Source: Pseudomonas aeruginosa (lineage in GTDB: Bacteria; Pseudomonadota; Gammaproteobacteria; Pseudomonadales; Pseudomonadaceae). From it: 32,000 nucleotides of DNA. The position numbers were made by a program, and so were the translations under genes. Below the pieces are notes generated by a model. That model did no database searches. It saw nothing but the letters and a program-made list of their open reading frames with translations, and had not been told where the DNA came from. Position 1 is the stretch's first letter. Each line of letters opens with the position of its first letter. Positions 9,566-16,976 of this stretch are shown here, one piece after another. The stretch is taken from the NCBI RefSeq assembly GCF_001457615.1, contig NZ_LN831024.1, positions 2,070,001-2,102,000 of the forward strand, in the 5' to 3' direction.

Positions 9566-9895
9566 TCAGCGCCGGCTGACCAACAGGCCAAGCAGGAAGC
9601 CGACGCCGGCGGCGATGCCGATGCTCTGCCAGGGGTGTTCGCCGACGTACACCTCGGTGGCGTCCACCGCGGCCTGGCTGCGTTCGCGGACGTTGTCCTT
9701 CAGCGAGTCCTTGGTGTCGCGCAAGGTATCGCGAGCGCGCTTGAGGCTGTCGTGGATCTTGCCGCGGATTTCTTCGGCCTGGTCGCCCGCCACGTCGGCG
9801 GTGCTTTGCAGGAGTTTCTCGGTATCGGCGACCAGTGCCTGGAATTCAGCCAACAGTTCATCCTTTGCAGCGTTTGCAGTGGTCTTGCGGGGCAT
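9566..9895 (-). CDS. DUF883 family (YqjD/ElaB-like) protein
   Basis: 109 aa; helical DELLAEFQALVADTEKLLQSTAD...AQAAVDATEVYVGEHPWQSIGIAAGVGFLLGLLVSRR, the classic DUF883 C-terminal anchor. Confidence 0.88.
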   Translation of the reverse strand: MPRKTTANAAKDELLAEFQALVADTEKLLQSTADVAGDQAEEIRGKIHDSLKRARDTLRDTKDSLKDNVRERSQAAVDATEVYVGEHPWQSIGIAAGVGFLLGLLVSRR

Positions 9896-10363
9896 GACGA
9901 GCTCCTCTGGTCATGGGGTGTGTTTTTTCGAGCCGAGCGCGGGGCGGAAGGTTCAACCGGTGGGTAATTTCCGCGCGTTGCCGGTCGCTCCCGGCGTTCC
10001 TTTCATTAAAGACTGCCACAGCGTGCCTGTCGGCGCGGCTGCGGCGAGATGACGCCCATCCGGCTGCCTCGCAACGGGGCGCGAACTGGTATGGCGCTTG
10101 CAATTCCCTGGTGCGCACGTCGGCCGGAATGCCCCTTGCGAGGGCGCCAGGCGCTCCCGGAGGGTACTTCGGGATGAACGTCCAACCCAATGAAAATCAA
10201 GGAAAGTCCGGGAGCTTTCCATGCTGCCTCAGGCACCTTGCGAAACGTCTGCCGAAGAAAAGCGGCGGTTCGCACGACGACTACTGCTTCGTCATGGTGC
10301 GTTGAAGGGCGGGCGTGGGCGTTTCTGGTGCTTTCTCTCTACGCGCGAAGGCTGCCTCAATCC

Positions 10364-11572
10364 ATGGATAACCTGAATAGTGCGGTGCAAGTCCTGATCC
10401 ACGGCTCCAATACCCTGTTCATCCTGCTCGGAGCGGTGATGGTGCTGGCGATGCACGCCGGCTTCGCCTTCCTCGAGGTGGGCACCGTGCGCCTGAAGAA
10501 CCAGGTCAACGCCCTGTCGAAGATTCTGTCCGACTTCGCCATCTCGGCGCTGGCCTATTTCTTCGTCGGCTACTGGATTGCCTACGGCGTGACTTTCTTC
10601 CATCCGGCGGCGGCGCTGACCGTGGACAGTGGCTATGCGCTGGTGAAGTTCTTCTTCCTGCTGACCTTCGCCGCGGCAATCCCGGCGATCATCTCCGGCG
10701 GCATCGCCGAGCGTGCCAGGTTCGGTCCGCAGTTGTGCGCCACGGCGCTGATCGTGGCCTTCGTGTACCCGTTTTTCGAAGGCTTGGTGTGGAACGGCAA
10801 TTTCGGCTTGCAGGAATGGCTGAAGCTGGAGTTCGGCGCGCCCTTCCACGATTTCGCCGGCTCCGTGGTGGTGCATGCGCTGGGCGGCTGGCTGGCATTG
10901 GCGGCGGTGCTATTGCTGGGCAGCCGCAACGGCCGCTATCGCGACGGCAAGCTGGTGGCGATGGCGCCGTCGAGCATCCCGTTCCTGGCACTGGGGTCGT
11001 GGATCCTGATCATCGGCTGGTTCGGCTTCAACGTGATGAGCGCCCAGACCCTCGCTGGGGTCAGCGGGCTGGTGGCGGTCAACTCCTTGCTGGCGATGGT
11101 TGGCGGCACCATGGCGTCGCTGCTGATCGGCCGCAACGACCCGGGTTTCCTGCACAACGGTCCGCTGGCCGGGTTGGTGGCGGTGTGCGCCGGTTCCGAC
11201 CTGATGCATCCGATCGGCGCGCTGGCTACCGGCCTGGTGGCGGGGGCCCTGTTCGTCTGGGCGTTCACCGCGACCCAGGTGCGCTGGAAGATCGACGACG
11301 TCCTCGGTGTCTGGCCGTTGCACGGTCTTTGCGGGGTCTGGGGCGGGATTGCCTGCGGCATCTTTGGCCAGCAGGCATTGGGTGGGCTCGGCGGGGTGAG
11401 CCTGGCCAGCCAGGCGCTCGGCAGCCTGCTGGGGGTGACGGTGGCTTTCGCCGGCGGCCTGTTGGTCTATGGGCTGATGAAGGCGCTGCTGGGCATCCGC
11501 TTGAGCCAGGAGGAGGAGTACTACGGTGCGGACCTGTCGATCCACAAGATCGGCGCGATCAGCCACGAATGA
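10364..11572 (+). CDS. Ammonium transporter (Amt family)
   Basis: MDNLNSAVQVLIHGSNTLFILLGAVMVLAMHAGFAFLEVGTVRLKNQVNALSKILSDF; HDFAGSVVVHALGG and PLHGLCGVWG carry the pore His positions. ORF track starts at 10190, but ATG 10364 fits family starts best. Confidence 0.87.
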   Translation: MDNLNSAVQVLIHGSNTLFILLGAVMVLAMHAGFAFLEVGTVRLKNQVNALSKILSDFAISALAYFFVGYWIAYGVTFFHPAAALTVDSGYALVKFFFLLTFAAAIPAIISGGIAERARFGPQLCATALIVAFVYPFFEGLVWNGNFGLQEWLKLEFGAPFHDFAGSVVVHALGGWLALAAVLLLGSRNGRYRDGKLVAMAPSSIPFLALGSWILIIGWFGFNVMSAQTLAGVSGLVAVNSLLAMVGGTMASLLIGRNDPGFLHNGPLAGLVAVCAGSDLMHPIGALATGLVAGALFVWAFTATQVRWKIDDVLGVWPLHGLCGVWGGIACGIFGQQALGGLGGVSLASQALGSLLGVTVAFAGGLLVYGLMKALLGIRLSQEEEYYGADLSIHKIGAISHE

Positions 11573-11606
11573 GGGGGCGGACTTCCTTGGTCCGGTGGGG
11601 TATCGG

Positions 11607-11631
11607 CGGATAACGCCCCAGGCGCTATCCG
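11607..11631. repeat. REP-like intergenic palindrome candidate
   Basis: CGGATAACGCC-CCA-GGCGCTATCCG, 11-bp arms with one mismatch; resembles intergenic palindromes recalled as common in P. aeruginosa (not verified by search). Confidence 0.5.
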
Positions 11632-11665
11632 TCCTGCACGCTGCGAGCGAGGCATCCCGCCATGA

Positions 11666-11691
11666 AAGAGGCCACCCAAGGGTGGCCTCTT
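11666..11691. terminator. Probable bidirectional terminator between convergent amt-like and opdQ genes
   Basis: AAGAGGCCACCC-AA-GGGTGGCCTCTT, perfect 12-bp arms; short flanking U-run. Confidence 0.65.
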
Positions 11692-11756
11692 CGTTCCGCC
11701 GCGGGGCTCTGGGGAGGGGCGGATGGCCGTAGCGCGGCTATCCGCGGGGCCTGCCG

Positions 11757-13022
11757 TTACCAGAGCGGCAGCGTGTAGCTGACGATCAGGCGATTTTCGT
11801 CGTAGTCGTTGGTGTAGTTGGTGCGCATGGTCGCGTTGCGCCACTTCACCCCGAGGTTCTTCAACGGGCCGCTCTGGAACACGTAGGCGATGTCCATGTC
11901 GCGTTCCCATTCCTTGCCTTCGCCCGAGGTGGTCAGCAGGTCGATGTTGTCGCCCTTGACGTAGCGGGTCATGAAGGTCAGGCCGGGAATGCCGACGCCG
12001 GCGAAGTTGTAGTCGTAGCGCGCCTGCCAGGATTTCTCGTCCTTGTTGGCGAAGTCGCCGATCTGGATGAAGTTCACCAGGTAGGGGTCGGCGCCGTTGA
12101 TGTAGGCGAAGCCGGTGTCGCCGCTCATCTTCTGGTAGCCGACGCCGAAGGCGTGGTAGCCGAGGCTGTAGGTGAACATGGCGTTGAGCGCCTTGTTGTC
12201 GACGTTGCTGGAACCGTCGTCGGTGGAGCGCGCCCAGCGGATGTCGGATTTCAGCGACTGCTTGTCGGCGATCGGCAGGGTGTGCACCAGGCCGAGGTAA
12301 TGCTGCTTGTAGAAGTTGTCGAGCTTGCCGTAGTGGTAGCTGGTGCTGAGGTTGTCGGTCCACTTGTAGCTGCCGCCGGCGAAGTCGAACTTGTCCGAAG
12401 TCAGCCCGGAACGGACCACGATGTTGCGCTTGCCGCCACCGGTGATGGTCATGTCCTCGTTGTCCGAGGAGTCGCGCTGGTTGACCTTCTTCAGGCGCCC
12501 GGCGTCGAGGGTCAGGCCGTCGATCTCCATGGAGTTCAGCGCGCCGCCCTGGAAGGTCTGTGGCAGCAGGCGGCTGTCGTTGGGCATGATCACCGGCAGC
12601 TTGGGGGTCAGGGTGCCGATCTTCAGGGTGCTCTTCGACGCCCGCAGCTTGGCGGTGATCCCTGCCTCGCCATAGTCGTCCTGGGCGCGGCCGGTCTCGC
12701 GGTCGCGCTTGAGCAGGCCGGTGCCGCTGCGGTCGGGGCTGGAGTCGAGCTTCACCCCGAGCAGGCCGATGGCGTCGACGCCGAAACCGATGGTGCCCTC
12801 GGTGTAGCCGGATTCGTAGCGCAGGAGGAAGCCCTGAGCCCATTCCTCGGCCTTGGACTGGCTGGCGCCTTCCTGGCGGAAATCACGGTTGAAGTAGAAG
12901 TTGCGGAGTTCGATGCTGGCCTTGCTGTCCTTGATGAACTCGGCATGGGCCAGGGTTGGGACGGTAATGCTGGAACCCAGCGCGGCAAAAGCCACGGCAC
13001 GGGCGATCGGGGTCATGCTCAT
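11757..13022 (-). CDS. opdQ: OprD-family outer membrane porin, OpdQ-like
   Basis: 421 aa; signal peptide; AEFIKDSKASIELRNFYFNRDFRQ...AEEWAQGFLLRYESGYTEGTIGFGVDAIGLLGVKLDSS; C-terminal ENRLIVSYTLPLW ends in an aromatic residue. Confidence 0.87.
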   Translation of the reverse strand: MSMTPIARAVAFAALGSSITVPTLAHAEFIKDSKASIELRNFYFNRDFRQEGASQSKAEEWAQGFLLRYESGYTEGTIGFGVDAIGLLGVKLDSSPDRSGTGLLKRDRETGRAQDDYGEAGITAKLRASKSTLKIGTLTPKLPVIMPNDSRLLPQTFQGGALNSMEIDGLTLDAGRLKKVNQRDSSDNEDMTITGGGKRNIVVRSGLTSDKFDFAGGSYKWTDNLSTSYHYGKLDNFYKQHYLGLVHTLPIADKQSLKSDIRWARSTDDGSSNVDNKALNAMFTYSLGYHAFGVGYQKMSGDTGFAYINGADPYLVNFIQIGDFANKDEKSWQARYDYNFAGVGIPGLTFMTRYVKGDNIDLLTTSGEGKEWERDMDIAYVFQSGPLKNLGVKWRNATMRTNYTNDYDENRLIVSYTLPLW

Positions 13023-13190
13023 TGTTATTGTCTCCTCGAGCGCTTGGGGCAGGCCGATGGCGGCGGCGTGACGCCACGTCGGCCTGTGACAGCCCGGTTA
13101 CTTAAGCACTACAGGAAGACGGCCACTGTTAGACATTAGTCGAGGGTGGCCGCGAATTGGCACGAACCCTGTCTAGGACGGGCTTTCCCG

Positions 13191-14057
13191 CTATTCCAGC
13201 CAGTGCGGGAAGTAGCCCAGGGCGGCCTGGACCCGCGCATCGTGCGCCGGAATCACGCTCAGGCGCGGGTCGCTGCGGAGCAGCAGGCGGATCTTCGCCA
13301 GTTGCGCGAGGGTGCGCGCGGGATCGCGATCGACCAGGGCGCGGCCGGCGAAGAATTTCTGCCGTGGGCCTTCGACGCCTTCGAGTCGCCAACTGGTGTC
13401 GCCGCTGAAGAACAGCCGGCGCCCGCTGTCGAGGGTGACGAACAGACCGACCGAGCCGGGCGTATGGCCGGGCAGGGGGACCAGCACCAGGCGGCCGTCG
13501 CCAAACAGGTCGAGGCTTTCGTCGAAGCCCATGAACGGCCGCGGATCGAAGCTGTAAGGTCGCCAGCGCACGCCATGGCGGAATTGGCTGGGGAAGGCGG
13601 CCGGCGGGGTGGCGATGCGGCTGAAGGCGATCTCCTCGTAGGGTGCCCAGACCGGTACTTCGGGGAAGTCGACCAGGCCCGAGGCGTGATCCCAGTGTGC
13701 GTGGGACAGCAGGATGCGATCGACGCGGATACCGGCTGCGTCCAGTTGGTCGCGCGCCGGGACGACTTTCTGGTAAGCGAACAGCGGCGCTGCCCACCAA
13801 GGCATGTCGGCGCGGAACTGGGCGTCGATGTCGCGCCCCAGGCCAGTGTCGAAGAGCAGGGTGGCGGCGTGGTGCTCGATCAGCACCGCGGTATGGCTGA
13901 GCGGTACCCGGCGCACCCAGGAGCCGCCGTCGACGGTGAGCGCATCGAGGGTTTCCACTCCCGAGGTGCGCAACAGGGCGACTCGCATTTCCGCCGCCTG
14001 CACCGGCAGGACGAGGAGGGCGATCAACAACGAGGCAAGGCGATACAGGAAAGGCAT
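13191..14057 (-). CDS. Secreted or periplasmic metallo-beta-lactamase-fold hydrolase
   Basis: LLSHAHWDHASG (HxHxDH), PLPGHTPGSVG, FSGDTSWRLEG and IPAHD motifs; N-terminal signal sequence MPFLYRLASLLIALLVLPVQAAEM. ATG at 14057 preferred over TTG at 14060. Confidence 0.85.
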   Translation of the reverse strand: MPFLYRLASLLIALLVLPVQAAEMRVALLRTSGVETLDALTVDGGSWVRRVPLSHTAVLIEHHAATLLFDTGLGRDIDAQFRADMPWWAAPLFAYQKVVPARDQLDAAGIRVDRILLSHAHWDHASGLVDFPEVPVWAPYEEIAFSRIATPPAAFPSQFRHGVRWRPYSFDPRPFMGFDESLDLFGDGRLVLVPLPGHTPGSVGLFVTLDSGRRLFFSGDTSWRLEGVEGPRQKFFAGRALVDRDPARTLAQLAKIRLLLRSDPRLSVIPAHDARVQAALGYFPHWLE

Positions 14058-14988
14058 CAAGATTCACCGGGAGGAAGAAAAGGGGATGGCTGGGGCTCGC
14101 CGAATGCCAGCGGCAGGCGGCCGCGCCGCCAGCGCCAGCCTGCGGGGCGCAACGCCAGCAGGCGCTCGGCGCCGGCGGGCCAGGGGATGGATGGCTGCGA
14201 ACCCGGCCAGAACAGCTCGGCCTCGGCGTGCAGGTGCAGCAGGTCGCCATTGTCGAAATCGATGAACAGCAGGCCGCAGCGAGGATCCTGGAGCAGGTTG
14301 CCGAGGGTATTGAACAGGCGGTTGCCGGCATAGTCGGGCAACCACAGGCGGCCATCCGCGCCGAGCCGGAGAAAGCCCGGCGGCCCGCCCCGATGGGAGA
14401 CGTCGACGCCGCCTCTGAGCGGGTCGGCATGCTGGCTGGCGATGAACAGCGTATCGCTGCACGAGACCAGCGACAGCCAGCGTGGATCGAGTCCTTCGCC
14501 CTGCAATGCGGGACTTGCGATCCTGGAGACGGGCTGATGGCTGCGCGCCTGGATGTACTTGGGACAGTTTCCGAAGGATTGCTCGACGCCGACCGTGAAA
14601 CCCTTTCCGTCCCGCGCCAGGACCCGTCCATTCATGCGGTTGCGGCGGCGGGTCGGCCATTCCAGGCCGAGGATGCCGAGGCGGGTGCCAGCCTCGAGAT
14701 TGGCCGCCAGCGGATCGTCCGCTTGCGGCAGGTTGTCGATGCGCAGGCGGGTCGGTTCCGGCGAACGGGCGAAGCCGGGGGGCCCCAGAGCACCGAGGCG
14801 CTGGGGTAGCCGTCGGCGTCGAGGCTGCCCACCAGCAACAGCGATAGCAGGGCGAAGAACTCCCGGTGCTGGTCCGGCATGAAGGTGCGGATCGCGCGGC
14901 TGCCGAAGCCGGCGACCTGTTCGCGAACGCCGGCGCGTTCCTGGATCGCCAGTTCGCCGGTGTGGAAGGGACTCTGTTCCTGGCTCAT
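14057..14988 (-). pseudogene. Pyridoxamine-5'-phosphate-oxidase-like FMN-binding family protein, split by an apparent 1-nt frameshift
   Basis: ORF 14632..14988 (MSQEQSPFHTGELAIQERAGVREQVAGFGSRAIRTFMPDQHREFFALLSLLLVGSLDADGYPSASVLWGPP) continues in another frame as GFARSPEPTRLRIDNLPQADDPLAANLEAGTRLGILGLEWPTRRRNRMNGRVLARDGKGF... to 14057 with no stop codon between. One extra nucleotide at the G6 tract 14777-14782 gives a single 310-aa ORF. Confidence 0.8.
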
Positions 14989-15004
14989 GCTGCCTCCTGC
15001 CGAG

Positions 15005-15601
15005 CTACAGGCCGGGCATCGGGATGTAGCCGGGCAGCGCGCGGATGCGGGCGATCCAGGCGTTCAGCGCCGGGTAGTGGTCCAGCGCCAGGCCGCCTTC
15101 GGGGGCGAGGGCCAGGTAGGGGTAGAGGGCCACGTCGGCGATGCTCGGCTGTTCGCCCTGGGCCAGCCAGCGATGCTCGGCTAGGTGCCGGTCGACCAGG
15201 CGCAGCACTTCCAGGCCTCGCTGGTGGGTTTGCTCGCGATCCAGCGGCAGGTTGAAGCGAGTGATCAGCCGGGCGCTGGCCGGGCCGTTCTGCACCTCGT
15301 TGGCCGAATAGCTGAGCCAGTAGGCGATGCGGCCCTGGCTGACGGGGTCGAGCGGATACCACTCGGGGCCGGCATGGCGTCGTGCCAGATAGACGAGAAT
15401 GGCGTGGGAGTCGCCCAGTTGCAGCTCGCCGTCTTCCAGCACCGGGATCTGTCCGCGGGGATTCATGCGGAGGAAGGCCTGGGTCTTGTGCTCGCGGTTG
15501 AGGAAATCGACCGGCCGCAGCGTCGCCTCGCGGCCGATGAGGGAGAGGAACAGGCGGACCTTGTAGGCGTTGCCGGAGAGATCCAGGTCATGGAGTTTCA
15601 T
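15005..15601 (-). CDS. Glutathione S-transferase family protein
   Basis: 198 aa; MKLHDLDLSGNAYKVRLFLSLIG...NPRGQIPVLEDGELQLGDSHAILVYLA; C-terminal WLAQGEQPSIADVALYPYLALAPEGG. Confidence 0.92.
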   Translation of the reverse strand: MKLHDLDLSGNAYKVRLFLSLIGREATLRPVDFLNREHKTQAFLRMNPRGQIPVLEDGELQLGDSHAILVYLARRHAGPEWYPLDPVSQGRIAYWLSYSANEVQNGPASARLITRFNLPLDREQTHQRGLEVLRLVDRHLAEHRWLAQGEQPSIADVALYPYLALAPEGGLALDHYPALNAWIARIRALPGYIPMPGL

Positions 15602-15632
15602 CTGAGGGTTCCAGGCGGGTATTGGTGCCTGG

Positions 15633-15662
15633 ATATTAGACAGACAGGTCTGTATATTTCAA
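15633..15662 (-). promoter_or_regulatory. Candidate sigma70 promoter for the GST operon with an embedded inverted-repeat operator
   Basis: On the minus strand: TTGAAA (15662-15657), 18-nt spacer, TAATAT (15638-15633). The spacer contains ACAGAC-N2-GTCTGT (15640..15653). Confidence 0.65.
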
Positions 15663-15766
15663 GGCGCGCGTTCGCCTTTTTCCGTCGGTATTCGTCCGGG
15701 GAGCGACGCAGAGCGGTTCAAGGGGGCGGCAGGGTCGCGCATAATGGGCCGCTCAGGAGGCTTTCC

Positions 15767-16324
15767 ATGACATCCCGCAAACGCGAGCAACTGCTCAGCA
15801 CCGCCGTCGACCTGTTCTATCGCGAGGGTTACCACGCCACCGGCATCGACCGCATCCTGGCCGAATCCGGGGTGGCGAAGATGACGCTGTACAAGCACTT
15901 TCGCTCGAAGGACGAACTGATCATGGCCGCCCTGGAGGTGCGTCGGCAGCGCACCGCCGAACGCATGCTCGAAGCCGAGGCACGGTTGCAGCCGCGAGCG
16001 GCGATCCTGGCGGTGTTCGATGGTCTGCAGGAGTTCCTCCAGGACGAGGCGTTCCGTGGCTGTGCCTTCATCCATGCCGCCGCCGAGTTCCATGAGCGCT
16101 CGCATCCGATCCATCGCCAGGCGGCCGAGCAAAAGGCCTTCGTTGAAGCCTATTTCCAGCGCCAGCTGGAGCGCCTGGGCGCGCGTTCGGCGGCACTGCT
16201 TGCGCGGCAGTTGCAATACCTGATGGAGGGCGCCCTGGTGATGGCGCACATCCATGGGCCGGCGGATCAGGCTCGCGAGGCCCGGCAGGCGGCCGAAAGT
16301 CTGTTGCAGGTCGCTGGCATCTGA
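15767..16324 (+). CDS. TetR/AcrR family transcriptional regulator
   Basis: MTSRKREQLLSTAVDLFYREGYHATGIDRILAESGVAKMTLYKHFRSKDELIMAAL is a canonical TetR HTH. Longer ORF from 15185 is an upstream frame extension. Confidence 0.93.
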   Translation: MTSRKREQLLSTAVDLFYREGYHATGIDRILAESGVAKMTLYKHFRSKDELIMAALEVRRQRTAERMLEAEARLQPRAAILAVFDGLQEFLQDEAFRGCAFIHAAAEFHERSHPIHRQAAEQKAFVEAYFQRQLERLGARSAALLARQLQYLMEGALVMAHIHGPADQAREARQAAESLLQVAGI

Positions 16325-16369
16325 GCGCGGGTGCTACCATCGCCGCGAAACACTGCACAGGTCCTTTCG

Positions 16370-16609
16370 ATGCCCCCGGAATGCCAACTCTTCGGAACCC
16401 TCGGTTGCCACCTCTGCGAAGTCGCGGAGGCGGTGCTGATGCCCTTCGTCGAACATGGCCTGCTGGTCGAACTGGTGGACATCGCCGACGACGAAGCCTG
16501 GGTCGAGCACTATGGCCTGCGGATCCCGGTGCTGCGCCGCTGCGACAATGGCGCCGAGCTGAACTGGCCGTTCGAGGCCGAGCAGGTCGCAGCCTTCCTC
16601 AGCTGCTGA
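16370..16609 (+). CDS. Glutaredoxin-like (DUF836) thioredoxin-fold protein
   Basis: MPPECQLFGTLGCHLCEVAEAVLMPFV...WVEHYGLRIPVLRR; CxxC motif (CHLC) followed by cis-Pro context IPVL. Confidence 0.82.
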   Translation: MPPECQLFGTLGCHLCEVAEAVLMPFVEHGLLVELVDIADDEAWVEHYGLRIPVLRRCDNGAELNWPFEAEQVAAFLSC

Positions 16610-16894
16610 TGCCTATTCATTCGCGCTAAGCGCGGCACCGCTGGTAACCCCGCGCTCTATGCGCAAACCGGACTGCGTTCCGCTTCCTTCCCCCATGCCG
16701 CGCGGTGCCTGGCTTCGGCGATGCTGGCGAAGCGATGCATAGGCGTTTCTCAATGGTTTTCATAGCCTGAGTCTATTGGCTCGGCAGGCTGCGTTCGGCT
16801 AGGCCTAAGGGCGATGGATAAACCCTGAGTTCCCTTCAGGACTGACTGGAAACAGCCGGGAACCCGCGTGGCGCAGGACGCGTCGCAGGTCGTT

Positions 16895-16914
16895 CGGTCC
16901 GCTGTCGCGGACCG
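16895..16914. other. Stable hairpin in the region upstream of the cytochrome c gene
   Basis: CGGTCCGC-TGTC-GCGGACCG, perfect 8-bp stem, no U-tract. Confidence 0.5.
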
Positions 16915-16976
16915 CCGGGGTGTGGGGGTCGGGACGACGAGGCTCGGCGTTTCCTCATAACGAAAGAGGACGCCTG

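Noticed and set aside
12153-13139. 328-aa plus-strand ORF opposite opdQ
   Set aside because: Repetitive V/G/A/E/L-rich antisense translation; the porin on the minus strand is clearly real.
13120-13152. CGGCCAC...GTGGCCG dyad upstream of opdQ
   Set aside because: Long loop (about 19 nt) and a short arm; could be chance in high-GC DNA, so not listed as a feature.
14064-14660. 198-aa minus-strand ORF overlapping the PNPOx C-terminal part
   Set aside because: Third-frame translation (MADPPPQPHEWTG...) with no family resemblance; the continuous PNPOx frame is convincing.
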